In this document: one piece after another, positions 1-11,154 of the stretch | How the letters are laid out: each line of letters starts with the position of its first letter | How positions within the stretch are numbered: the stretch's first letter is position 1 | Notes under the pieces: generated by a model | What the model saw: the letters and a program-made list of their open reading frames with translations, nothing else | What the model was told of the DNA's origin: nothing | The model's database searches: none | Program-made: the position numbers and the translations under genes | From: Asterias rubens | Lineage: Eukaryota | DNA: 64,000 bases | Reading direction: 5' to 3' | Assembly: GCF_902459465.1 (NCBI RefSeq) | Contig: NC_047071.1 | Location: 4,216,001-4,280,000, forward strand

Positions 1-154
1 GGCGATACTTACCTCTATCGGCTAGACTTGTTTAGCAGTCCATCATTAGCTCATGACCTGAAGTAAGCTCTGTGTGAGAGAGAGGGAAAAATTCACAAAC
101 TTCATTAGAGTGCGACTCTGCTATAGGGGTCGAAACGTCAGGTCATTAAAAAAA

Positions 155-906
155 TAAGGCAGTGGACACTATTGGTAACTACTCAAAAATAATTATTAGC
201 ATTAAACCTTACATGGTAATGAGTAATGGGGAGAGGTTGATATTATAAACATTGTAAGAAACGGCTCTCTCTCTCTCTGAAGTGACATAGTTTTCGAGAA
301 AGAAGTAAATTTCCACGAATTTGATTTCGAGACCTCAGGTTTCGAAATCAACCATCTAAACGCACACAACTTCGTGTGACAAGGGTGTTTTTTCTTTCAT
401 TATTATCTCGCAAGTTCGATGACCGATTGAGCTCAAATTTTCACAGGTTTGTTATTTTATGCATATGTTAAGATACACCAACTGTGAAGTCTAGTCTTTG
501 ACAATTACCAATAGTGTCCACTGTCTTTAAGGCAGTGGACACTATTGGTAATTACTCAAAAATAATTATTGGCATAAAACCTTACTTGGTAATGAGAAAT
601 GGGGAGAGGTTGATATCATAAACATTGTAAGAAACGTCTCTCTCTCTGAAATGACATAGTTTTCGACGAGGAAGTAATTTTTCCACGAATTTGATTTCAA
701 GACCTCAGATTTAGAATTTGAGGTCTCGAAATCATCTAAGCACACAGCTTCGTGTGACAAGGGTGTTGTCTTTCATTATTATCTTGCAACTTCGACGACC
801 AATTGAGCTAAAGTTTTCACAGGTTTGTTATTTTATGCATATGTTGAGATAAATCAAGTGAGAACACTGGTCTTTGACAGTTACCAATAGTGTCCAGTGT
901 CTTTAA
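155..906. mobile_element. Two adjacent copies (155-530, 527-906) of the ~380-bp TTAA-flanked Kolobok-like MITE sharing one TTAA
   Basis: TIRs AGGCAGTGGACACTATTGGTAAT...ATTACCAATAGTGTCCACTG(C/T)CT; internal palindrome ttcgagacctcag...tgaggtctcgaa. Confidence 0.85.
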
Positions 907-1556
907 CTAAAGATAAATCACTAATTATCATTTTGTAAATGTTAAATGATTCTCTGGAGATATGCGGAGGAAACTTCAGCTGGTGCGGTTATCCCATTCC
1001 ATTGTAAACATGACATGACGTTTGCAAGTCTCTCTAAAACAAAACTTCACTGGAGGGTATTTGTGTGCGATATAAACAATGTCGAAATGAAAACTGTGAA
1101 ACCATGGAGACGGAACCTCTCTAACACGCAAATCAAAAACATTAACAGATAACAAACAATTACAAATTATGTTGTTCCCTTGTTTATACCCTCCATACAT
1201 GTTTTGGTTTCCTCGAAATGTGAAAAAAATGCGATTCCTATATATAAAAAAAAAATGTTTCCTCGAAATAATGCTTTGTTCCCTCGAAATAGTTCGCTGC
1301 AACAATCCAAATGATGATTCGAGACGAATGAAGTGATTTCGAGGGAGCCACAAATTATTGTGAGGAACGAATTGTTGTTAAAAAAAAAATTGAGGGAATG
1401 ATGTAATCATATGCCCTATGTTCTGGGCTTGCGTGTTTTTTTCTTCGCAGCCCTCCCAATTGTCTGTCCCCTTTTCCCAACCCTGTGACTTCTTCAGCTT
1501 TTTTTCTTCTTCATCTTTCTCTTCTTCTTTACATCTCTTCGTCTCGCCAAACCTAC

Positions 1557-2375
1557 CTTTATTATTCTCCTCACACCTATTGATGATAACTTTTTTGCAG
1601 GGGAATACTTCCTCGATCATGCTAAACAGCTTGGGGTCGTATTCAGACAAAGCCTTTCGGTTGGATATACCATTATGTATGCCATCGACGAAATCCCGAT
1701 GGGTCTGACAGTTGTAGTAGGCCTGAACACCCTCCGCAAAATACTCTCGGTATTGCGAGATGGCGTAGGTGTTCTGCCAAAGACCGGCTGCTTTCGCCTC
1801 GGTCCAGACCTCTTGCAGTCTAGCGTCGAATGTCCGATCCACTTTTCTCATGGCAACAATTTGGATTGAATGCGCGAATTCGTGGACTAAAACGTCCTCC
1901 TCACTCCACCGATCCTTCCAGTAGCTCCAACAGAGGATGTTCTCTTCACCATCCGTAGCGATGGGTCTGGACGCGGTACCTCCAAGACCTCTTGCTCGAT
2001 CGTTCCACCAAGACGGCAAGTAGCTATGCTCAGGGATGTCTAAGGTTTTCTCACGGTAGCCGATCACACCGACTCGCCCGTAAGAATCAAACATGGCGTC
2101 TCGGACATCTTTTCGATCGGCCAGCATGAAACGTACCACGTAACAGGCGCGGGTGAGAGCATCATCATTTGGCTGGTTGGACGACACTATAGGAATGCCG
2201 TAGGCATGGGTGTACTTCTGGTAGAAATTGTCGAGTGGTATCTCGGCCCGTAAGTCGTCTGGAATTGGTGAGACGTTCATGCAGTCACTGGTATCCAATG
2301 CCTGGCCCCTTCCAATTTTACGGGTAGATTCATCCCGGAATTCCCCATCACCCGGAACTACGTCATGGTCAAAAT
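1557..2375 (-). CDS. Catalytic exon of a zinc metalloprotease (zincin; HExxH plus downstream E, lethal-factor/PPEP-like arrangement); partial gene
   Basis: 819-nt phase 1-1 exon: acceptor ctttgaag|at at 2375, donor aaag|gtaggt at 1557. Encodes FDHDVVPG...YGIPIVSS...RARGLGG...GEENILC...VLVHEFAHSIQ...LWQNTYA...EYFAEGVQAYYN...CKKVIINRCEENNK. The ORF-track tail 1378-1556 (RFGETKRCKEEE...) is probably intron read-through. Candidate upstream exon 4806-4759; candidate last exons near 1035-945 or 57-13. Confidence 0.85.
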
Positions 2376-2640
2376 CTTCAAAGTGAAAGAGAAAATGGAA
2401 AAGACTGGTTTGTTTGCTGTTTTGTTTATCAAGCCTGTATATGCTTCAAGGGCACCAAGGCTTGTTCTTCTTTGTTTAAGATGATAAGTGCCTATTTGAA
2501 CTTTAAACCATAAGGGAAACTGGCTAGGTTAAATTTAAATGATTTTCTAAAGAGCGGGATTTGAACCAACGACCTTTCGGGTTAACGTGCCTGTGCTCTA
2601 CCGACTGCTCTATCTTATAGCCCTATATTGGCAGTCTCCC

Positions 2641-3025
2641 TTAAAGGCAGTGGACACTATTGGTAATTGTCAAAGACTAGTCTTCACAGTTGGGGTATCT
2701 CAACATTTGCATAAAATAACAAACCTGTGAAAATTTGAGCTCAATCGGTCTTCGAACTGCGAGATAATAATGAAAGAAAAAAACACCCATGTCACACGAA
2801 GTGGTGTGCGTTTAGATGGTTGATTTCGAGACCTCAAGTTGTAAATCTGAGGTCTCGAAATCAAATTCACGGAAAATTACTTCTTTCTCGAAAAGTACGT
2901 CACTTCAGAGGGAGCCGTTTCTCACAATGTTTTATACCATCAACCTCTCCCCATTACTCGTCACCAAGAAGGTTTTATGCTAAAGATTATTTTGAGTAAT
3001 TACCAATAGTGTCCACTGCCTTTAA
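2641..3025. mobile_element. Kolobok-like MITE (main family), inserted into a tRNA-containing repeat
   Basis: ttaaAGGCAGTGGACAC...GTGTCCACTGCCTttaa; the host repeat is seen at 2545-2640 and resumes at 3026-3095. Confidence 0.85.
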
Positions 3026-4080
3026 AAGGGGTGCCAGTCTGACGCTATAAAACTGTGCTATCACACCCAAGTTTATGATACAACCTTGGCAGTAAAAGGT
3101 TGTATGACTTCTGACGGTTTTACTCACAGACTACATGTGCAGATACAGATGAAGTGACAACCAACATGACCACGAGGGAAACTGCACCCATGGTTTCAAT
3201 CGGGGATGGATGATCGCAGAGAAATCAGAAATGGTTCTGATTTTGAGTTTGAAATTGTTGGGTTTTTATAGACATTATAGACCAAATAATTTTACATGTG
3301 ACTACAAATAACGGATTTTAAATAATCCATATTAATGTGCCGGGCTTTCACAACTGAGTCGTTTCTCGCACAGTGTATTTCTATGTTAGGGGTGTTCGAA
3401 TGTGTGGGGGTGAATTTTTTTGTCTGGTTATGGTTTATTTTACTTGTTTTGATCATTTACTTTCATTTTTAGATTTGGGGACTAATATTTTGATTGATAA
3501 AAATTAATAAGGTTTTTGAGTGTTACTTTGTTTCTTGTTCAGTTTCAACGCGCAATAATGGGCCTATCATGTTTTGTAAAAAGAAAATTCATTTGTATGT
3601 GACAAATGATGGTACCGACTACAAACTGAGCTCTTCATCTGCCCATAATGTCATTAATTGAGCCATGCAGTATGTTCTACTCTTGAACCATATTGCTTGC
3701 TTTAAGGGATTTACATAAATTGTCTTTTAATAGAGGATTACAAAATAATTGGTGGTCTACTTGTACAGGTAGCTCTAGGATGAGGGGATTTCATGCAGAT
3801 GTTTACTTTATTGTCTTTTAATGAGGAATTCAAACTTGATTGATGGTACCGGTGGCTCAAAGGAGATTTCATGCAGATATTTCCTTTGTTTCAAACAGCT
3901 TTTCAGTAGTTTACTTCTTTTGTTTTCCCGATGTTCCCTCTTCCTTCTGTTGATTTGTTTCTGTTTCTGTTTTCTTCTTTTCAGGCGATTTGAGCACCTT
4001 ATTAGGTGGATACATGCGCAATATAAATTTCCTTATTATATTATTATATTAAAACTTTGTGAAATATAGTTTACGTGGTT

Positions 4081-4473
4081 TTAAAGACACTGGACACTAT
4101 GGTAATATTGTCAAAGACCAGTCATCTCACTGGCTGTATCTCAACATGTGCATGAAATAACAAACCTGTACAAATTTGAGCGCAATCAGTCAACGAAGTT
4201 ACGAGATAATAATGAAAGAAAAAACACCCTTCCCCTTGTCACACGAAGTTGTGTGCTTTCTGATGCTTGATTTCGAGACCTCAAATTCTAAATCTGAGGT
4301 CTCGACAACCAATTTCGTGGAAAGTTACTTCTTTCCCGAAAACTACGTTACTTCAGAGGAAGCCGTTTCTCACAATTTGTATACTATCAGCCTCTCCCCA
4401 TTACTCGTAATCAAGTAAGGTTTTATGCCAATAATTATTTTGAGTAATTACCAATAGTGTCCACTGCCTTTAA
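4081..4473. mobile_element. Kolobok-like MITE (main family)
   Basis: Same TIRs and TTAA flanks. Confidence 0.85.
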
Positions 4474-4758
4474 GTTACTTAATTTATAATACTATTCTTT
4501 TGATTATCTTAAAGGACGGTCTTGTCTGCATAAACAACTATTTTCAGAGTTAGTAAGTTGTCAGACCTTTTGAAGAAAGTTTAATAATGACTATTGACTG
4601 GGCCCTATTACATCTATTTTTACAATAACGTATCAACGTGCTTAGTTCTGCTGTCATCACCAGGCCGATCACATTCAATTAATTTTTCTCAGCTCCTTGT
4701 TGAGTATAAAGCCCTGGGCTGCCGGCTATGTTGCTCCTTCTTCAAAATTAGTCTTTAC

Positions 4759-4806
4759 CTCCGCATGATTTCCATGGGTTTTCGTGGGTGAAGAAGAGCA
4801 AAGCAT
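4759..4806 (-). CDS. Candidate 48-nt upstream exon of the zincin gene (ALLFFTHENPWKSCG)
   Basis: Acceptor ttcttgcag|at, donor gag|gtaaag; open in phase 1-1, matching the phase-1 acceptor at 2375. No homology support seen. Confidence 0.35.
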
Positions 4807-5009
4807 CTGCAAGAACACACGTGTCATGACATGTCAGGGATTCGAACCCACCGATAACTTTATTACCAGTGCCAGGGCCAAATTTCTAGAAGGAACAAAT
4901 TGCCTATTAATTTCCTGCTAAGCAAAAACAAGCAGGACGGTGACACATTGTACACGTGCAACCTTGTGGTTTATATTGATAATGTAACAAGTGATAACAT
5001 CGTCAGGCA

Positions 5010-5493
5010 GGCCGGTGTCTAGATGCAATTGTGTCCGCCACGCAATACTGCTCGCTCCGGACACTTTTGCATACAATCGTGTCCGGGGCTGTGCGCGCGT
5101 AAGCGAGTGTGCATGCACTGAACCCGTACGTAATGCAGCATGAATATTCTCGTATTTTTGATGATTGCAGCGAATACCCCACGGCCGATCATTTCCCATG
5201 TCATTCTTGACATGCACTTAGCTAGCTTGTAAAAAAAGGCAATCGTGTTCCGTAGACCAAGGGCGTTCAATTTACTGCAAAGACGCTTTTGCACGAGGGC
5301 GGACACAACTGCATATACAAATGTGTCCGGGCGGGCACAATTGCATTATGTAGCAGCGTCCGGGCGGACACGATTGCATATGCAAAACCGTCCGGCACAC
5401 ATTATTGCATATGCAATCATGCAATTGCACTAATGTCATCCGGATAGTATGGTATTGCATAGTGATAGAGGACATTATTGCATGCGACACCTG
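5010..5493. mobile_element. MITE-like element with imperfect ~25-bp TIRs and internal GTCCGG/ATTGCAT repeats, ending 90 bp before the DCTN3 ATG
   Basis: Left ccggtgtctagatgcaattgtgtcc vs reverse complement of right end caggtgtcgcatgcaataatgtcc. Confidence 0.55.
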
Positions 5494-5582
5494 ACAAGGA
5501 TTTGTTGGTACACAACGTGTTGAAGCAAACAGCGCCCTCTGTTGAGAGGGGGCGGATGATGAATGAACAACAACACTGCAAA

Positions 5583-8500
5583 ATGGCGACCACCTCGGAT
5601 GTCCTGAAAGTGTTGGACACACGAATACAAATCCTTGAAGAGCTAATCTACAGTAAAGACAGCAGTGTTAAAACTGAATCAAGCACACTTAAGGTAAAAT
5701 CAGTGATTAAAATGGAATTTGTGTAGTTTTTTTTAGATCTAATCGTGTTAATTAATGAGGGTTCCATTAATGATATATGAGTTGAAAAAGTCAGAGAGCA
5801 GAGACTCGGAGTCGAGACCGAATGAATGAAGGCAAGGATCAACTTAGCCGTCTAGCTAGTCTCTCAACCGCTCAATCTCAGATCTTTAGGGGAAGGGATG
5901 GGATAACTTTTCGTATGGCGCCACATTTTCACAAATTTTTACAAAAAGGGATATCAGTGATATCTCAATTCTCATTGAGTGTTGAGGTAAACTAGGTACA
6001 TTACATCCCCATTAGTTTACTTAGATGCTATACTATTTCATGTTTCATATCGAATGAAAAAGTGGTGGCGCCATACGGAAACTTTTTCCTAATATATGTG
6101 TTTTGATGAGTGGAATGTGAATAAACAGTTAACTAAGGTTTTAAAAAATAAGTTCTTATATTATTTACAAATTTAAGAGTAGACCCCGACCCGAGAGGGC
6201 GCTGTTCGTGACGTCAATCGAGGCAGACTTTGCCTGTAATGCGTAGAGTAAACACAATTGCAAAGTACATGTACGGACTAAGTCATGAGTTTGTACGTTT
6301 CAAAAAAAGTTTTTTTTTTTTTTTTTCCGGCAATGCCGACCAGGTGTACTGCTGCTGAATGCAGAAAAACACTTTTTGAAACGTACCAACTCATAACTTG
6401 GACGTACATGTACTTTGCACGTGTGTTTACTATACGCATTGCAGGCAAAGTCTGCCACGATTGACGTCACAAAAGGGGTAGGCGGAGTCAGCCCCCCAAA
6501 CAACTATATATATTTTTTAAACATATAAATCGTGACAAACAATTACTAAAAAAATTGTTTTATTGTTCGTAAGCATATACTCTTATGTTTGAAAGGAAAA
6601 CAAAATATATTTCTAGGTGACTTTAAAATTTAATTTAAATTGATTGAGGCTTAATAATAATAAAAATGTGCCACAATTGGGTCAGACACATATTTTCATG
6701 AAAAAAAAATAACCATGCGTAACTAGTAATAGTATCAAATTAAAATTTAATAGTTCTTAATGTTTTTGTCTCTTTATTTTTAGGTTGTGGATTCCCTGAG
6801 TAGTGTAAAGCAATCTCTATCCGGTCTGGCTACGGGGAAGGAACGTATCCAGGCACTGTGGAAAATAAGTATGCACACAACCGAGAAATTAACAGGGGGG
6901 GGGGGGCAGTTTGGGGTACAAGGAAAATATGTATACTGTAGAAAATTTAACTTTGTTTGCTAAGGGGAGGCCTAGAGTTTTATCTTAGAAAGGGCAATGT
7001 TACTTTCGTTTTGAAAAGGGTAGGCCTACACTGGAAAATGTTTGTCTTTGAAAAGCTTCTGAAGAGGTGACTAAAGCCAAGATCAGGGCCGAATTTGAAA
7101 TTTGAAAATATTTATAAATGTATCTGAATTGCATATACATTATCAAATTTAAATAAACTGGGTCAGATTTTGCAAAGTATCATGTTTGGTATTATTCTTT
7201 TATAGATGGAAATTTGCATCCGAGATAAAGAATGTTAGTTTGTAGTATTAAAAAATAGTATGTTCCTTTTGTACTCTTCCTTTTCAGCTGATGAATTGAA
7301 CAGTAACCTTACTCCAGAAGCTGTCAGCAAGTTGGCGCTGACTGAAAATGCTAAAGCAGACATCATTTTAGCTGGTGGGTTGGCCTAATTTTGTTGTGAT
7401 CCAAGTTGACGGAAACCAATGTCAGCAATGTGTATTATGTGAATTAGAGCTAGAGAGCAAGAGAGCCGGGCCCATATTCATAGAGCTGCTTCAGGTCTAG
7501 ATTTTCACAGGGGCAAAGGCCTCTGTTGCCCTAGTATTGGCCTTGGTGCCCCTTGAAAAGCTTCCCGCGTCCTTAAAGATTTTCAAATGGAAGTGTCCTT
7601 TTCAAAATGAAAATGGCATTGCCCTTTTAAAGATGAAATTCCAGGCCTGCTGCTTAAGCACAAAAACAAATTAGCTAATCACAACAAAATTGCTTGACCA
7701 GAGTAAGGTTACCTGCAAACAAAATTGGTATGTCACATGTACAATTTGTTACTGGTACCCTGCTTATTTCTGAATCAGTATTTACTGCTTAAGCAGTTCT
7801 ATTAAATTGGGCCCTGGTGAAGGTGAAGGCATTCGTGAATGGACACCAACCCTCTGATGAATCAGTTTTCAAATTCAAATGTCTTTGGGGGAAGAAAAAT
7901 TATCCAAAAAATGTTTTACTTCAAAAGGGAAATACTTCACAGGGAATCCTTTCACAAAATGGTTTATACTAACAACAGCTGCAGTCCTTCTCTACGAGTA
8001 ATTTCTAACGGCAATTCATTTTTGGAGTATTTACTGATTAATGACCCTACCTTTGAATATGAACCAACATTAATATTTCAAAGTAAAAGAATTCTGTTAT
8101 TTATGTGCAGAAGAGGATCAGCTGAAAAGTCTCACTGTACTACTGGAGAAAATGAAAGGGATGACCGATGTACTAGATAGCCAACATACCAAAGGTAATT
8201 TTATGATTTTATGATTGACAATGTTGAGTTTAAGTTAGTGTGATATGCCACCTACTCCTTGGGCTGAAACAGGGTTACCCCTTTTACAGTCCATACGGAT
8301 GTAGGCTTGGGTATCATCAGTCCGAAGCCTGGCCGGTAGAGCAGAAAGCACTACCTCCCCAATTTTATGTAGCAAGTGTCACGACCGGGATTCGAACCCA
8401 CACTCTGCTGATCCAACACCAAAGCGTGAATCCGGTGCTCTTAACCGCTCGGCCATGACACGTAATTACCTAGCATAATTGCTAGTGACTTCTGACCCTC

Positions 8501-10868
8501 TTCGTACTGACAAAATGACACGTATCGCAGTTGGGCAGTTGGTGCAAGCTGCACAATGGAACAGCAGCCGGGTGCGTTTTCATGCCATCTTTAGTCTGCA
8601 AGCAAAATTGCTCTGAAGTTGTTCAGTTTGTAATTAACTATCCTCCGTAGGCTAGTCCTGAACAAGTGACGTGTTTTTCTCCAGATAAAATAAATCCTGC
8701 TCTTTGATCTACTTCTCTAGCACTGAGGACACTGTTCCCAAAAGCTCCTTGGAATCTATAACTCAAGGGGTTACCAAAAGGTGGAAACGCCAAAATGTCA
8801 ATCCACCTCCTAAGATCTGCATCCCAGTTTCAGACTTTTATCAGGACCGACTCGCACCCTTGTGTGGTCGTAAGAGTAATTTTAATTGATTGTTTTTCTC
8901 TAGGAGCGCCAGCTGTTCAGGAGAAGCTACAACCTCTGACCGTGATACAACTTAGCCAACAGGTAAGTGTGTCTTTAACTCAAACTGCGTCACACAGACC
9001 TCAATTTATAATGGGTGCGTTCGTTTAGCTTCCCTGGGTCGACCCCGGTCTGCTTTGATGGAGCTCACCTGGGTGAACCCCCAGTGCCCTGCCCTGGAGT
9101 GGGTCACTTGGGGGTGAACTGAGATGCATGCCGTCACCACGAGAGGGCGAGTGTTAATAGTTCGATTAGCTCTTGTCAGGGGCTGACAGGGAAGCTAAAC
9201 GAACGCACCCTTTGTCTGCTTGCTGATAAAAAGGAGCTTTTTATGTCTTCTGATTTTCAGGAATATACTTTTGTATATAGCAACATTTTCACCTAACAAG
9301 TAGGCGCTTTATAAGGCTCTACAATTTACAGAACGAAAGCAAAACTAATTTGTAGGCAACTATCATGATGCGGGTTTGAGGGAAGTTTGAGAAAGAGGTG
9401 AGTGAAGGAACAGAGCGCATGTTTTGAAGAAGGCTATTCCAAAGATAAGGGGTATTAATGTGGAAAGATCTACCTCCCCAGGAGCCATTACATTTCAGTT
9501 TTTCAGATCTCATTTTCACGATGGAGCAATTTTCCAAACCTTGTCTCTGCTTGTGATTATCATGTTATCTTGTTATTCTCTAGGAGCGTGCTGACCAGCA
9601 GAGTCAGGAGACCAAGCAACTTCTGGAATCCTATAACAACATTGTATCCTTTCAAAATAATCAGACAAAACATTTGTTTTGAAGCTAGTTCATTATCATG
9701 AAAACTCTTGCTCAACTTGATATCTTGCTTTTTATTGATGTCTAAGTTAAGTTTCAAAGGCACCCCCCCGAACAAAGATATTGAAAAAATTTGGAGACCA
9801 CCCACATAGGGCTAGATAGCTCAGTTGGTAGAGCGCCGGCACGTTAAACCGGAGGTCGTTGGTTCAAATCCCGCTCTAGTCAATTTTTCTTTGCTCAACC
9901 CAAAATCATTTAAAGCCATTATACACTTTCGGTACAGAAAAAAAAAAAAAAATTCACAGATTTACAAATAATTTACAGGGTTTACTGAAGGTAATGGTGA
10001 AAGACTTCTCTTGAAATATTGTTCCATGAAATGCTTTACTTATTGAGAAAACATTAAAACAATATTAATTCTTGTTAGCGAGAATGACGGATTTATTTTA
10101 ACCACATGTCATGACACGGCGAAACGTGCGGAAACAAGAGTGGGTTTTCCCATTATTTTCTCCGGAATCCGATGACCGATTGAGCCTAAATTTTCACAGG
10201 TTTGTTATTTTATATATAAGTTGTGATACACGAATTGGGGACTTGGACAATACTGTTTACCGAAAGTGTATAATGGCTTTAAGTTTCAAAGCTCACATTT
10301 TAGCAAGATTTAGCCAAATCATTTACAGGAAGGCCTCAGTTTTCCCACCAAGAGGTTTTATCTGCAGCGCATCATGGAAAAAGATTAATGTCCTAATACG
10401 ACTAGCTATTTTATCTGCTCTCCTAGCATTGAGGATACTGTTTGCTAAATCTCCTCAAAATGTATATTTCCAGCGATAACCAAAAGGTGTAAAAGTAATT
10501 ATTTTAGTCTACCTCTTAAAGAGCCACTTGGGAGCCAAGTCTTGGACCTTTCTGTTCTTTCACCACTGAATGGGGAATTTTTGGGATGCTACATGTAGGT
10601 GGCAGCAGACTTACCAGGTAAATCCAGTGTACTCGGAAATGTGCGCATGCTCAGAACTGTGTAAACAATTGATACTTGCCTTGTAAATCTGCTAACACCA
10701 AGCGTTCCAAAGTATCCCACTGTCGGGTATTTGGTGACCTCTACGCGCCCTTTGACCTTAACTTGTCTATATCAGGTCTTGTTGCTGTCACAGCAGTTTG
10801 TACAATGGGATGCAGTGATGACACGCTATGAGATAGCTGCTAAAGTACGGGAGCCAAACGAGTACTAG
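5583..10868 (+). CDS. DCTN3: Dynactin subunit 3 (p22/p24), 7 exons, 192 aa
   Basis: Exons 5583-5693, 6784-6868, 7288-7374, 8111-8194, 8904-8962, 9584-9643, 10776-10868, all GT-AG with consistent phases (579 nt). Protein MATTSDVLKVLDTRIQILEELIY...KERIQALWK...AKADIILAEEDQL...LDSQHTK...TKQLLESYNNIVLLLSQQFVQWDAVMTRYE...* matches the DCTN3 family as recalled (human ...[23 protein letters not shown]). Confidence 0.93.
6173..6626. mobile_element. TTAA-flanked non-autonomous element of a different family; related fragment 10279-10518
   Basis: ttaagagtagacc...ctaggtgactttaa; 10300-10518 is a reverse-complement relative ending gtctacctcttaa. Confidence 0.6.
7468..7815. mobile_element. Harbinger-like MITE (GGGCCC termini) with a nested CAGG...CCTG hAT-like element (~7493-7650)
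   Basis: gggcccatattcatagagctgctt[caggtctag...ccaggcctg]ctgcttaagcac...aaattgggccc; ctgctt is duplicated around the insert. Confidence 0.7.
9012..9210. mobile_element. ~200-bp MITE with 25-bp perfect TIRs in DCTN3 intron 5
   Basis: GGGTGCGTTCGTTTAGCTTCCCTG...CAGGGAAGCTAAACGAACGCACCC. Confidence 0.8.
9335..9520 (-). mobile_element. LINE (L2/CR1-like) ORF2 3' fragment
   Basis: Translates GSWGGRSFHINTPYLWNSLLQNMRSVPSLTSF, resembling the LINE ORF2 C-terminal GxRxFxxxxPxLWNxLP motif. Confidence 0.6.
9755..9905 (+). mobile_element. Interspersed repeat carrying a tRNA-Asn(GTT)-like module; copies 2545-2640 plus 3026-3095 (-), 10953-11150 (+), 39625-39710 (+), 40870-41300 (split)
   Basis: A box TAGCTCAGTTGG, B box GGTTCAAATCC, loop acGTTaa; the copies share sequence upstream of the tRNA-like part. 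Confidence 0.75.
9910..10282. mobile_element. TTAA-flanked MITE, related subfamily (AGCCATTATACACTTTCGGTA termini)
   Basis: ttaaAGCCATTATACACTTTCGGTA...TACCGAAAGTGTATAATGGCTttaa; internal segment shared with the main family (gaccgattgagcctaaattttcacagg). Confidence 0.8.
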
Positions 10869-11154
10869 AAGTCTCTCCTTTTACTAGGACTTCAAGAAAA
10901 CTTCCAGCATGTCATCATTATTTTTTTCAGAATCGATGTTTGATGTGGTTAGTTTCCCAGGTTGTATCGTGAACTTGGGTGTGATCCCTGGTTAAATGGC
11001 AAATATAGGTTGAATCGCTTCTAACAGGCACCCTTGAACAAAGAAATTGACAAAATAGGGAGACCACCAACATAAGATAGCTCAGCTGGTAGAGCACTGG
11101 TACGTTGATCTGGAGGTCACACAGCTTCAAACCCTACTTTTGTTCAACCCATGG

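Larger units (their letters stand above)
9644..10775 (+). other. U12-type (minor spliceosome) GT-AG intron, DCTN3 intron 6
   Basis: 5' splice site GTATCCTTT at 9644; branch motif CCTTAAC at 10756-10762, branch A 14 nt before the 3' end; no long polypyrimidine tract. Confidence 0.88.

Noticed and set aside
1378-1556. K/E-rich C-terminus of the 306-aa zincin ORF
   Set aside because: Begins at a good donor (aaag|gtaggt) and ends in poly-T; more likely intron, though a retained isoform is not excluded.
9810-9882. Apparent tRNA-Asn(GTT) gene
   Set aside because: Anticodon loop and stem deviate (acGTTaa, C-A pair), there is no clean terminator context, and degenerate copies share flanks; treated as a repeat module.
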